A DNA stretch of 64,000 nucleotides from positions 114,789-178,788 of the forward strand of contig CAVUVW010000026.1 of NCBI GenBank assembly GCA_963745035.1, written 5' to 3'. The DNA is from an uncultured delta proteobacterium (GTDB lineage Bacteria > Desulfobacterota > Binatia > UBA9968). Both the position numbers and the translations under genes were made by a program. Under the pieces are notes generated by a model. The model had not been told where the DNA came from. It saw nothing but the letters and a program-made list of their open reading frames with translations, and searched no databases. Of the stretch, positions 24,332 through 34,521 are shown piece after piece; within the stretch, counting starts at the first letter, position 1, and each line of letters starts with the position of its first letter.

Positions 24332-25723
24332 ATGGCAGCGGCGAACAAACGACGAAAAGTCGGCATTGGCCTGCTCGGTTCAGGTGTGGTGGGCGAAGCG
24401 ATTCAGGACATTCTCTTTCAGAATCTCAAACGGCAACTTGAAGGGGATGTCGAGCTGGACGTTCGAAAAATCTACACGCGCAATCCCAAAGAAAAAAAAT
24501 GGTTTAGAAAACGGCCCGAGCTTTTTACTGCAAAAGCCGAAGAGGTCATCGACGATCCCGGCGTGGATATTCTGATCGAAGCGCTGGGTTTTCAACATCC
24601 ATCTCACCTGCCGCAGTTCAGAGATTATTTTCTGCGCGCTTTCCGCAACGGGAAGTCCGTGGTCACCTCGGACAAGGCCGTGTTGGCGCGCTACGGAAAG
24701 GAAATCTGGGCAGCAGCCAAGAAGAGCGGCCGGCAGCTCCGCTTCGAAGCCTGTGTCGGCGGCGGGATTCCGGTGATCCGTTCGCTGAGCGAAAGCTTCG
24801 CCGTCGAGCAGCCGGAAGCGGTCTTCGGAATCGTCAACGGCACCTGTAATTATATTCTGTCGCAGATGGAAAAGAGCGGTAAGCCGTACGCGGAAGCGCT
24901 CAAAGAGGCGCAGCAGAAGGGCTACGCCGAAACCAATCCGGCGGCGGATGTGAGCGGCAGCGACGCCGAAGCCAAGTTGCTGCTTCTGAGCGCGGTTGCG
25001 TTCGGTCTCCAGATTCACCCTGGCAGGATCTGGCGCAAGGGAATTGAGGAGATTCAAGCCGTCGACTTTCGCTACGCTCGGCGGATCGGCTCGAGCACGA
25101 TCAAGCAGCTCGCGGTGGCACGGCGCCGTGGTTCAGTGGTTCAGGTTTTCGTCGCGCCAGCTTTGATTTCGGGGGAAAATTTTCTTGCCAGTGTGGATGG
25201 TGCCACCAACGCGGTCTGCTTTGCGGGCAGGAGCAGCAGTGCGAGTCGCGGCGAAAGGGACTGCGATTATGTTTTGGTCGGACCAGGTGCCGGCGGCGGA
25301 CCGACCGCAGTGGCCGTGCTCGGTGATGTTTACGAGTTGGCGCGCGGCGAACGCAAGTTCAGCGGTATCCCGAGCCTAGTTCCTTTAGGAAGACTGCAAC
25401 TCCAACCGGAGGACGAGATCGATTTGCCCTTCTATATCCGATTCGTGGTTAAGGACCGCGCCGGCATCGTTGGTGATATCGGCAGGACTTTCGGCCGCAT
25501 CGGCGTCAACATTTCGGAAATCTGGCAGCTCAGGCATGTGGAAGAGGAGCTGCGTAGTCTGACCGACAGCTACCGGCTCAAGCACAGATCGAATGGCATA
25601 TTGCCGTTCGTCATCACGTTGGACCGCGCCACCCTTCGCCAAGTCCGCAGGGCTCTAGATTCCATCCGTAAACGAGATTATATCTTAGTCGATCCGGTTT
25701 GGTTCCCGATCTGGGGCACGTGA
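24332..25723 (+). CDS. hom: Homoserine dehydrogenase with C-terminal ACT domain
   Basis: GLLGSGVVG, FEACVGGGIP, GIVNGTCNYIL, GYAETNP, GPGAGGGPTA. Confidence 0.9.
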   Translation: MAAANKRRKVGIGLLGSGVVGEAIQDILFQNLKRQLEGDVELDVRKIYTRNPKEKKWFRKRPELFTAKAEEVIDDPGVDILIEALGFQHPSHLPQFRDYFLRAFRNGKSVVTSDKAVLARYGKEIWAAAKKSGRQLRFEACVGGGIPVIRSLSESFAVEQPEAVFGIVNGTCNYILSQMEKSGKPYAEALKEAQQKGYAETNPAADVSGSDAEAKLLLLSAVAFGLQIHPGRIWRKGIEEIQAVDFRYARRIGSSTIKQLAVARRRGSVVQVFVAPALISGENFLASVDGATNAVCFAGRSSSASRGERDCDYVLVGPGAGGGPTAVAVLGDVYELARGERKFSGIPSLVPLGRLQLQPEDEIDLPFYIRFVVKDRAGIVGDIGRTFGRIGVNISEIWQLRHVEEELRSLTDSYRLKHRSNGILPFVITLDRATLRQVRRALDSIRKRDYILVDPVWFPIWGT

Positions 25724-25774
25724 CACGCGCTCCCATGTTTTGAGTTTCGCGTTGTTAAACGGAGCGAAGGTTTC

Positions 25775-26995
25775 GTGAAATACATCATTCTTCAAGGCGA
25801 CGGCATGGCGGATTACCCGCTCGAGGTATTGGGCGGAAAAACACCGCTCGAAGCGGCACGCACGCCGAACATGGACTGGCTCGCCGTGCACGGCGTGTAC
25901 GGCATCGCCCACGTGATCCCCGAAGGTTTTCCTCCCGGCAGCGACGTCGGCAACATGAGCATCATGGGCTACGATCCGGCGGTTTATCACACCGGACGAT
26001 CACCGCTGGAAGCGGCAAGCATGGGCGTCGCCCTCGGCCCGAACGATATCGCGTTTCGCTGCAACCTGGTGACCCTCGGCGGCAGCGGCGATGAAACTTT
26101 CATGGAAGATTTCACGAGCGGGCATATTTCCACCGAAGAAGCGGGTGAGATCATTCGCGACCTCGCCCGGAAGCTCGTCGGCGACGGCATCGAATTTTTC
26201 CCGGGCGTGAGCTATCGCCACTTGATGGTCTGGCGCGGCGGCAAAGAAAAAATGGAAACCACGCCGCCGCACGATATCACCGATCAAAAGACCGCCGGCT
26301 ACATGCCCAAAGGCGACGGCGCGGAGCGCCTGCTCAAATTGATGAACGCCTCGCAGCCGCTGCTGGCGGCCCATCCGGTAAACAAGAAACGCCAAGCGGC
26401 AGGTCAACGGCGCGCCACGAGCATCTGGCTCTGGGGGCAGGGGAGAGCGCCGCAGCTGCCGCCGCTGACGGAGCGTTTCGGCATCAAGGGCGGCGTCATT
26501 TCCGCGGTCGATATCATCCACGGTTTAGGCGTCTACGCCGGTCTCGAGCGCATCGACGTGCCGGGCATCACCGGCTTTCTCGACACCAACTACATTGGCA
26601 AGGGCGAGTATGGGGTGCGCTCGCTGGAAAAAAATGATCTGGTCTTTATACATGTGGAAGCGACGGACGAAGCCGGACACATGGGGGATGTCGAAAAGAA
26701 AATTCAGGCTTTGGAAGACTTCGACGAGAAAGTCGTCGGCACGGTGCTCAAGGGGATGGCACATCGCAGGGATTATCGAATTCTTTTGATGCCGGATCAT
26801 CCAACCGCGATCGCGCTCAAGACCCACGTCTCCGACCCCGTTCCCTTCGTTTTGTTTTCCGCCGAGACGCCGCAAAACAACGGCACCGTCGGTTACAATG
26901 AAAAGGATGCGAGGACGACCGGCATCGTCGCCAAAAAAGCCTATCGTTTGATGGACGCGCTGATCGAAGGGAGGCCGACATGGACCGAAACTTAG
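25775..26995 (+). CDS. apgM: Cofactor-independent phosphoglycerate mutase, archaeal type (ApgM / proposed homoserine kinase family)
   Basis: GDGMAD, PGSDVGN, GRSPLEAAS, HVEATDEAGH, PDHPT. Confidence 0.85.
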   Translation: MKYIILQGDGMADYPLEVLGGKTPLEAARTPNMDWLAVHGVYGIAHVIPEGFPPGSDVGNMSIMGYDPAVYHTGRSPLEAASMGVALGPNDIAFRCNLVTLGGSGDETFMEDFTSGHISTEEAGEIIRDLARKLVGDGIEFFPGVSYRHLMVWRGGKEKMETTPPHDITDQKTAGYMPKGDGAERLLKLMNASQPLLAAHPVNKKRQAAGQRRATSIWLWGQGRAPQLPPLTERFGIKGGVISAVDIIHGLGVYAGLERIDVPGITGFLDTNYIGKGEYGVRSLEKNDLVFIHVEATDEAGHMGDVEKKIQALEDFDEKVVGTVLKGMAHRRDYRILLMPDHPTAIALKTHVSDPVPFVLFSAETPQNNGTVGYNEKDARTTGIVAKKAYRLMDALIEGRPTWTET

Positions 26996-27930
26996 CTTTG
27001 GAAGCCGTTCGTGTGACTGAAGCGGCGGCGCTCAACTGCGCCCGTTGGACCGGCCGCGGCGACGAGAAGGCAGCCGATCAGGCGGCGGTCGATGCCATGC
27101 GCAAGGCTTTCGATGCGCTAGCCATCGACGGCACGGTCGTCATCGGCGAAGGCGAGCGCGACGAGGCGCCGATGCTCTACATCGGCGAAAAAGTCGGCTC
27201 CGGCGGACCTAAGGTCGATATCGCTCTCGATCCCCTCGAAGGCACGACGATCTGTGCCACCGGCGCGCCCAACGCGCTCGCGGTCATCGCGATGGCCGAC
27301 GGCGGCAATCTGCTGCATTGCCCGGACACGTACATGGCGAAAATTGCCGCGGGCCCGGTCGGCAGGGGGGTCGTCGATCTCGACAAGTCGCCGACCGAGA
27401 ATTTGCATAGGTTGGCGGAAGCCAAGCGCTGTAAGGTCGAAGATCTGACGGTAATTATTCTTTCCCGGCCGCGTCACGAGGCAATCATCCAAGAAGTGCG
27501 CAAGGCCGGCGCGCGCATCCGTCTGATCGGCGACGGCGATGTGTCTGCGGCAATCGCCACCACCAAGCCGGAAACCGGCATCGACTTGCTGCTCGGCATC
27601 GGCGGCGCGCCGGAAGGCGTGCTCGCCGCTGCGGCGTTGCGTTGCGTCGGCGGAGAATTTCAGGGCCGCCTGGCGCCGCGCAACGACGAAGAAATCGAAC
27701 GGGCAAAAAAAATGGGCGTCACGGACATCAAGAAGAAGTTCATGATCGACGAGCTTGCGGCGGGCGACGTGATGTTCGCCGCCACGGGTGTCACGGACGG
27801 CGACTATCTCCAGGGTGTGCATTTCTTCGCCGGCGGCGCGACCACGCAGTCGGTGGTGATGCGGTCCAAGACAAAAACCGTCCGCATCATCAACGCTTCT
27901 CACTATTTCGAGCATAAGCCTTCCTATTGA
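26980..27930 (+). CDS. glpX: Class II fructose-1,6-bisphosphatase
   Basis: VIGEGERDEAPMLYIGE, DPLEGT, FAATGVTDG. Confidence 0.95.
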   Translation: MDRNLALEAVRVTEAAALNCARWTGRGDEKAADQAAVDAMRKAFDALAIDGTVVIGEGERDEAPMLYIGEKVGSGGPKVDIALDPLEGTTICATGAPNALAVIAMADGGNLLHCPDTYMAKIAAGPVGRGVVDLDKSPTENLHRLAEAKRCKVEDLTVIILSRPRHEAIIQEVRKAGARIRLIGDGDVSAAIATTKPETGIDLLLGIGGAPEGVLAAAALRCVGGEFQGRLAPRNDEEIERAKKMGVTDIKKKFMIDELAAGDVMFAATGVTDGDYLQGVHFFAGGATTQSVVMRSKTKTVRIINASHYFEHKPSY

Positions 27931-28008
27931 GCGAGTTAATTTCCAGGCAGTTTTTATCTCGCGCCATCGACCGTGCTCGCGGGAGAACGGAGGCTTCTGT
28001 GGGTGCCC

Positions 28009-28290
28009 ATGGCGCGCAAGAAGCAGCGCAAGAAAAGCTGGGTACGCATGCTCGTGCTGTTTTTCGTCATTCCTTTCGCGATTTGGTTGATGGCTTTTTT
28101 GCTTTGGTTCTACTGGCACGACCTGAGCCACATGTTTGGCCGGGACGAACCGGGTCGCATGATTCCGAAGCCCGCACCTCAGATGGAAAGAAACGAGCGG
28201 CGCGAACGCCCGGCGTCGGAACCGCCTCAAGAGAAGATCTTCGAGGAAGATCGTCAGAAACTCGAAGACATACTCAAGCGCAGAAGTTGA
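28009..28290 (+). CDS. Small membrane hypothetical protein
   Basis: Basic N-terminus, one TM helix, charged tail EKIFEEDRQKLEDILK. Confidence 0.65.
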   Translation: MARKKQRKKSWVRMLVLFFVIPFAIWLMAFLLWFYWHDLSHMFGRDEPGRMIPKPAPQMERNERRERPASEPPQEKIFEEDRQKLEDILKRRS

Positions 28291-28360
28291 GCAGCGCGAA
28301 GCAAACAGACACCCGGCTTGGATGGCATCCCAGCCGATGATAACCTGAGCATCAATCGCA

Positions 28361-29537
28361 ATGAGTTTTTGGCGTGACATTCCAGGGCCCATCATCGGTC
28401 TCTCCCCCATGGACGGGGTGACGGACGCTTCGTTCCGCTACATCACGGCAAAGTACGGCCGGCCGGATGTTACACTAACCGAGTTCGTCAACATTCAATC
28501 TGCTCTCTATTCGCCCCATACCTTGCTCAAGGATTTTACCTACTCGGAGATCGAGCGGCCGATCGTCGCACAGATTTACGGCAAGACGCCCGAGCTTTTT
28601 TACAAAGTCGCGCACGTGGTCTGCGAGTTGGGTTTCGACGGCGTCGATATCAACATGGGCTGCCCGGCAAAAAAAGTCGCCGCATCAGGTTGCGGCGCGG
28701 CGCTCATCCGGACACCCGATTTGGCGCGCGAGATCATCCAGTGCAGTACGGAGCGGCATCAGCGATTGGCAAGGCGGCCAGACGCTCCGGCAGGTGGAAT
28801 TCGACGATGACACGATCGAACAGATAGCTGCAGCGAATCGCCGGCGCAGCGGCGGAAACGCGCCGTTGGAGCGCCGGCTCATTCCCCTTTCGGTCAAGAC
28901 CCGTCTCGGCTACGACCGGGTGGTTATCGATGATTGGCTCGCAACGCTTTTGACCGAAACGCCCGCGGCTGTTTCGCTTCATGGGCGCACCCTCGAACAA
29001 GGATACAAGGGCGAAGCGGATTGGAAGGCGATCGCGCGCGCCGTCGAGATAGCCAGGGGATCGGGCACGTTGATTCTCGGCAACGGCGATGTGCGCGACT
29101 TGCCGGACGTCTGCCGCCGCGTGCGTCAAACCGGCGTCGCTGGCGTGCTGATCGGGCGAAGCGCCCAGGGAGATCCCTGGCTATTTCGTGAGAAAGACGC
29201 CGTCAAGGAAGCGCTTCAGTGCGGCTCGGAGGTGCGCTTGGTCTCAAGTCTCATCGATTTGGAAGAACGATTCCAAGTCGTCGCTGAACACAGCGAGCAT
29301 TTCGAGAGCCTGTGTGGCCCCGCGCGATTCATGGCCATGCGCAAACACTTGACCTGGTATTGCCGCAATTTCCGCGGCGCCGCTGAGATGCGCGCCAACA
29401 TGACTCGGGCCAACAGCGCCGAGGATGTACGTCGCTGCCTGGCGGCCTTCATGGCGCGTCCGCCATGCGCCGATATGACGCATGGCGCATTTATACAGCG
29501 CAATGATCGTACCGCCGAAGTTTTGCTGTCGTCGTGA
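28361..29537 (+). CDS. tRNA-dihydrouridine synthase, frameshifted about 28740
   Basis: LSPMDGVTD, DINMGCPAKKV, SVKTRLG, HGRT, GNGDV. Confidence 0.88.
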
Positions 29538-29547
29538 CAAGTATTGC

Positions 29548-30177
29548 ATGAGACTGATTTTGGCCTCGACGTCTCCGCGCCGCCGCGAAGTTTTGACGCT
29601 TCTCGGCCTACCGTTCGAGATTATTACGCCGGCATTCGAAGAGCAGGTTTCAGATCATCTGTCCATTCGCGATGAGGTACTTCAGTTCGCGGTCGGTAAA
29701 GCGAACTCGGTGGCGCGAGACCACCCGAATAGCATCGTTATCGGCAGCGACACGATGATACTTTACGATGGGCGTAAAATCGGTAAACCTGCCGATGAAG
29801 CCGACGCCCGGCACATCCTAGGGCTGCTTTCCGGAAAGAAGCATACGATTTATACAAGCGTCGCCATCGTTGACCGCAGCGGCGGACCGGGGCTCCACAC
29901 AGTCGCCACCGTAGAGGTTCAGATGCGGCGTTTCACCCCTGAGGAGATCCGAGACTATGTGACGACGGGTGAATCGCTGGACAAGGCCGCCGCCTATTCG
30001 ATTCAAGGAAAAGGCCGGAATTTGATCGAATCGATCCAGGGCGACTACCTGGCTGCGGTGGGACTTCCCCTCAAGCTGATCGCTCACTACCTTGAAGGCC
30101 GTGGCATTGGAGTGCCGTGTGACGTCGAGGAGCTGTATCGCGAGAAGCGTTTCCCCAATTGGCATGCTTTCGCATAA
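29548..30177 (+). CDS. maf: Maf family nucleoside-triphosphate pyrophosphatase
   Basis: LILASTSPRR, GSDT, GKP, DKAAAYSIQG. Confidence 0.9.
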   Translation: MRLILASTSPRRREVLTLLGLPFEIITPAFEEQVSDHLSIRDEVLQFAVGKANSVARDHPNSIVIGSDTMILYDGRKIGKPADEADARHILGLLSGKKHTIYTSVAIVDRSGGPGLHTVATVEVQMRRFTPEEIRDYVTTGESLDKAAAYSIQGKGRNLIESIQGDYLAAVGLPLKLIAHYLEGRGIGVPCDVEELYREKRFPNWHAFA

Positions 30178-30398
30178 CTCATGTCATGCAACTTGGCAGG
30201 CGTCAGTTTATTCAGCCGGGGCTGGTGCGGATCGCGGCAAATGAGCTTTGGGAGCTCTCTTTGCTGCATCCTCCAAAGAGCCGAAGAACGACGCGTGGCT
30301 CGTCACAACGGACAATTTAGGCGGCAAGCGACAGAATTTGTTCAGAAAAACGGATCGCTACTGCAAGAATAACACTGAAAAATTCAGCCGTTAAGAAA

Positions 30399-30414
30399 TG
30401 GTACGACGCTTGCT
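30399..30414 (+). promoter_or_regulatory. Sigma-54-like promoter before small ORF
   Basis: TGGTAC-GACGC-TTGCT. Confidence 0.5.
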
Positions 30415-30436
30415 GTAACAGGCAAGCGAAAACACC

Positions 30437-30631
30437 ATGAAACCCCTAAACCGCGATTTGAACCACGATCAGAACTGGACTTGGCCGGAAAAGACCTGGT
30501 TCCGCGAGCGTCTTAACGCCATCAAAGCTCGGGAAAACGAAGAGCGTCGCAAGACGCTAACAGGCTCTTCCAGAGCCGGGCAGGTTACTGTTCCGTCGGG
30601 CGCCACCAAAGACGATCTGAAAGTCGACTGA
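30437..30631 (+). CDS. Small hypothetical protein
   Basis: 64-aa ORF just downstream of a sigma-54-like motif. Confidence 0.45.
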   Translation: MKPLNRDLNHDQNWTWPEKTWFRERLNAIKARENEERRKTLTGSSRAGQVTVPSGATKDDLKVD

Positions 30632-30722
30632 GCGCCAACCGAGCGCGTCGGTCGATTTCTGCGTCTCCGCAACGCCCATCTTTTCTTTTCCAAATCTTTC
30701 GTTTGATGTCGCCGCCTTCCTT

Positions 30723-31265
30723 TTAGGGAAGCGGCTTTTTTTCACCTGGAACCGGCACATCAAAAGCGTTGAGCGTCATCGCCACCATCGCGTAGAACCC
30801 GATTGCGCTCACCAACTCGACCAGCTTCTCCTCGCCGAATAGATCAAGACCGCGACGGAACGTCGTCTCACCGATCGTCATCGTGGTGTTGAGCTCGATG
30901 GTGATGTCGTAAACAAAGCGCTCGTCTTCCCGCGTAAAAACCGGGCTGCGCCTTTCGCGAATCGCCTCGATGATCTCCGGCGTAATACCATGGTCGCGCG
31001 CATGCGGCTCGTGCACAAACCAGGCGAACTGTGCCGAAGCCTGCCGAGCGGCAATCAGAATCATCAACTGCACGAGACGGCGATCCAGTTTGACCCGCGA
31101 AGCGAACAAGTCCTGAAGCTCGAGTGTGTGCCGGGCGAGCTCGGCATTTCGCAGCCAGACTGCGAACGGGCCGCGTACCTGTCCGCGCACGCTCTTGATC
31201 CGTTCGTAGATCTCTCTTTGCTCGAGAGTAAGTCGTTCCGCATCGATCTCGGGTAGGCGAGTCAT
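30723..31265 (-). CDS. Carboxymuconolactone decarboxylase/AhpD-like protein
   Basis: RGQVRGPFAVWL, ILIAAR, W..HE..A, IGFYAMVAMTLNAF. Confidence 0.8.
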   Translation of the reverse strand: MTRLPEIDAERLTLEQREIYERIKSVRGQVRGPFAVWLRNAELARHTLELQDLFASRVKLDRRLVQLMILIAARQASAQFAWFVHEPHARDHGITPEIIEAIRERRSPVFTREDERFVYDITIELNTTMTIGETTFRRGLDLFGEEKLVELVSAIGFYAMVAMTLNAFDVPVPGEKKPLP

Positions 31266-31463
31266 GGTTTATCCTTTCTTGAGGACGTGTGTGCCATCAC
31301 ATAGCAAAGCGCCCCGATGATTCAAGAGAACAGAGGCGGCAATCGGTTCAACCTCAAGAAAAATCACGGCGTCACGACCGGCCAGCGCTCGTTCAGCTTG
31401 TATTTTTCCGGCCGCGGCTGTAATCGATTCTAGAATTCACATCCAGCAGGGAGGAGATAGCGG

Positions 31464-33200
31464 ATGGCACAAGCATCGACGAACGGTCAAAAGTGGGACT
31501 TGGAAGCGGATGTTGTCGTTATCGGATCCGGCGCGGCTGGGCTCCCGGCGGCCATCAAGGCAGCCGATGGCGGCGCGTCGGTGGTCGTTGTGGAGACCAA
31601 CTACGACATCGGCGGTCATGCCATTATCAGCGGCGGTAACGTACCCCTCGGCGGCGGCACCAGCGCGCAAAAGAAATACGGCATCAACGACTCGCCGGAT
31701 ATGGTGTTCTCGGATCTCACCGACTGGACCATCGTGCAGAACAACGGCTGGCCGGATTATCGCTACAACGATCGCGCGGTCATGCGCGCCTTCGCCGATC
31801 ACTGCGCGCCGACGTTCGAATTTCTGCTCGAAAACGGAGTCAAATTCAAAGAAATTGCGCCGGACAATCAGGGCGGGCATAACCTCGGGAATTCCGCGCC
31901 GAGAGAGAATCATGCCTTCTGGACCAAAGGCCCCGGCTATGAAAGCCCCAACAATAGAGCCGGGACCGGTGTGATCAGACCGTTGGAGAACAGCGCGCGC
32001 GCGAAAGGCGTCAAGTTTTTACTGAATTACAAAATGACTAGTCTCGTCCGGGAAAGCCCGAGCGCCGGGCGCGTCATCGGCATAACCGCCAAGCACACCC
32101 CGCGCATCATGCCCGGCCAATCAGCTCCTCTAAAGAGCTTTTGTTCCGACGGCAATATCGATCGCACGGAAGCGACGTTGAGCATTCGCGCCAAGAAAGC
32201 CGTGATCGTCGCCACCGGCGGCATGACCAGTAATTTGAACTTTCGCCGCATGTTCGATCCACGGTTAACCGACGTGCTGACGGTTGCGGGAGAGCCTTAC
32301 ACTTATCAAGACGCGAGCGGCGAGCTTGCCGCGATGGCCATTGGCGCCTCGCTTTGGGGCTTGGTCAACCAGACCTTGGAGAACGGCGACAACATCCGCA
32401 CGCAGCGGGCTCTCGCCACGAAGTGGAATTACATGACCTGGGAGCTCGAGAGTCCGATCTTCCCGCTGGTTAAATCCACCGGTCTCAACGTCAAGGACTG
32501 GCATGATTTGATTTTGGTCAACCAGGTGGGCAAGCGATTTTACGACGAGACCAAAGGCGACTACCCGCACGGCAACGTGTACAACGACTTCAACCCCTAC
32601 ACGCCCAATGACTACCGCAACAATGAAAGAATCGAATATCATCCGAACAAGTACAATTTCTTTAATGCAGCCGTCGCGATGAATGAATATTCGGAGCCGC
32701 CCGATTATTCCGCCGGGCCGATCTGGGCGATCTTCGACGCCGATGCGGTAAAGAGGGAAGGCTGGAAGGTGACGCCGCCTTACGTCGATCCTGATGGATA
32801 TTTTTTCAGTGGCAATACGCTAGCGGAACTCGCCAGCGCGATTAAGAACGAGTATCAAGCCAAGCCGATGAAAGGCGAAATCTTGCAGATGACTGTCGAT
32901 AAGTACAACTCGTTTGTCGACGCCGGCGAGGACGCCGATTTCGCTAAGCCGGCGCCAAAGTTCAAAATCCAGACACCGCCTTTCTACGCCGCATGGGCGA
33001 CGCCCAACGTGCACGACACCCGTTCGGGCTTGCGCATCAACGCCAAGTGCCAAGTGATGGACCTGAACGCCGAAGTGATTCCCGGACTTTACTGCGCCGG
33101 CGAATCCGCCGGCGGCTTCAACCAACACGGCCTCGGCCGCTGCACGACGCAAGGATTCATTGCCGGCATGAATGCGGCCGCAGAGCTGAAGCGCGATTAG
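31464..33200 (+). CDS. FAD-dependent oxidoreductase (fumarate reductase / 3-ketosteroid dehydrogenase flavoprotein family)
   Basis: VVVIGSGAAG, ISGG, VATGG, VNQVGKRF, IPGLYCAGE. Confidence 0.85.
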   Translation: MAQASTNGQKWDLEADVVVIGSGAAGLPAAIKAADGGASVVVVETNYDIGGHAIISGGNVPLGGGTSAQKKYGINDSPDMVFSDLTDWTIVQNNGWPDYRYNDRAVMRAFADHCAPTFEFLLENGVKFKEIAPDNQGGHNLGNSAPRENHAFWTKGPGYESPNNRAGTGVIRPLENSARAKGVKFLLNYKMTSLVRESPSAGRVIGITAKHTPRIMPGQSAPLKSFCSDGNIDRTEATLSIRAKKAVIVATGGMTSNLNFRRMFDPRLTDVLTVAGEPYTYQDASGELAAMAIGASLWGLVNQTLENGDNIRTQRALATKWNYMTWELESPIFPLVKSTGLNVKDWHDLILVNQVGKRFYDETKGDYPHGNVYNDFNPYTPNDYRNNERIEYHPNKYNFFNAAVAMNEYSEPPDYSAGPIWAIFDADAVKREGWKVTPPYVDPDGYFFSGNTLAELASAIKNEYQAKPMKGEILQMTVDKYNSFVDAGEDADFAKPAPKFKIQTPPFYAAWATPNVHDTRSGLRINAKCQVMDLNAEVIPGLYCAGESAGGFNQHGLGRCTTQGFIAGMNAAAELKRD

Positions 33201-33226
33201 ATAAGATGCGATTGCGGATTCGGCAG

Positions 33227-33256
33227 AAAAGGGCGCCGTCGGGACGCGCCCTTTCA
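33227..33256. terminator. Hairpin between convergent genes (probable bidirectional terminator)
   Basis: AAAAGGGCGC...GCGCCCTTT. Confidence 0.5.
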
Positions 33257-33257
33257 T

Positions 33258-34259
33258 TTAGCGATACAGCGCCTCGATAAAATCGCTGGACTGCAACTGT
33301 CGGATAAATCGGTCGTCAAAAAACTTATGCGGATCGAGATCCTTCGCTTTGGGATTTCTGTCTGACAGCTCTTCCAAGACCGAACGAACACCCTCGGCGG
33401 TCGTGAGCGGCGTCTTCATCATGTATTTGGCGATCTGCACGTCGTAGGATTCCGTAAGCAAATCGTTATCCGTGGTGCGTAGATACTTCGATAGGACTTT
33501 CATTGTGAATGCCCGGTCTTTTTTCATCAGGGCGATGCCTTCGACTTGCGCGGTGAGATAACGTCGGACCAGATCCGGGTCGTCGCGGATTAGATCGCCG
33601 CGCGTCGACACCCCTGTCGATGCATACGGAATGTTGAGCGTGGGAATGTGCAGCAGCACGCGATTGCCTAGTTTCACTGCGCGGCTCGTCGCCGGATACC
33701 CGAAAACGCCTGCTTGCACGCGATTTCCTTGCATCGCGCCGACGATCCACTCGCCGGCGCCGATCTCGACGATGTGAACGTCTTTCCCCGGTTCGAGTCC
33801 GAGATGCTTTGCTGCCAGACGTGCGCCGGTGTGAAGTGAAGTGCCGAAGCGGCTGATACCGATGCTCTTCCCGCGCAGTTGCTCGGCTTTGTCGATCTCG
33901 GGGCGAACCACGAGATTCTGCACCAAGGTTCCGACGGTGGTTGCGACGATCTTCAGATCGGCGCCGCCCACCGCCGCCCCGGTGGTCGTGCCGCCGGCGA
34001 TCTGCAGAAACGAAACTTCACCGGCAATCAGAGCGTTGGTCCCCTGAATCCCGCTCGGCGTTGCGATGACTTCGACCTGCAAACCATGTTTTTTGAAGAT
34101 CCCCGCTTCATGAGCTGCCCATGGTGGCGCCATCGTGCCGGAGATCGATGTGACCGCGACGCGAATTTTTCGCAGCGATGAAACTTCGGCGGCCTCGGTG
34201 AGCGAGCTTATGTAGAATAACCCGATAGCGAAGAATCCAACGATCAGCCATTGTTTCAT
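33258..34259 (-). CDS. ABC transporter substrate-binding protein (NMT1/SsuA-like)
   Basis: Signal peptide; GIFKKHGLQVE, LRGKSIGISRFG; GGAGG RBS. Confidence 0.85.
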   Translation of the reverse strand: MKQWLIVGFFAIGLFYISSLTEAAEVSSLRKIRVAVTSISGTMAPPWAAHEAGIFKKHGLQVEVIATPSGIQGTNALIAGEVSFLQIAGGTTTGAAVGGADLKIVATTVGTLVQNLVVRPEIDKAEQLRGKSIGISRFGTSLHTGARLAAKHLGLEPGKDVHIVEIGAGEWIVGAMQGNRVQAGVFGYPATSRAVKLGNRVLLHIPTLNIPYASTGVSTRGDLIRDDPDLVRRYLTAQVEGIALMKKDRAFTMKVLSKYLRTTDNDLLTESYDVQIAKYMMKTPLTTAEGVRSVLEELSDRNPKAKDLDPHKFFDDRFIRQLQSSDFIEALYR

Positions 34260-34521
34260 CGTTTGCCTCCTTACAAACACCGCGTATGCCACTGATAGCT
34301 GAGAGCATTGCAGCGAGTCAAATAAGATTCCGCGTAAACAGCTCCCTCTCGCGCCGACGATATAACAGAACGTAAGATCATTGCAGTTTTCCAACAACAG
34401 CGTTGCGTTTCGAATTATCGCCGTGGTAAGCGGGGAGCATGAGCTGGAGTATTTTCTGACGGGGCGCGGTAGTCACGGAAGAGAAGACCGAAACAGTTGT
34501 TGCCACAAAGGAGGTAATGCC

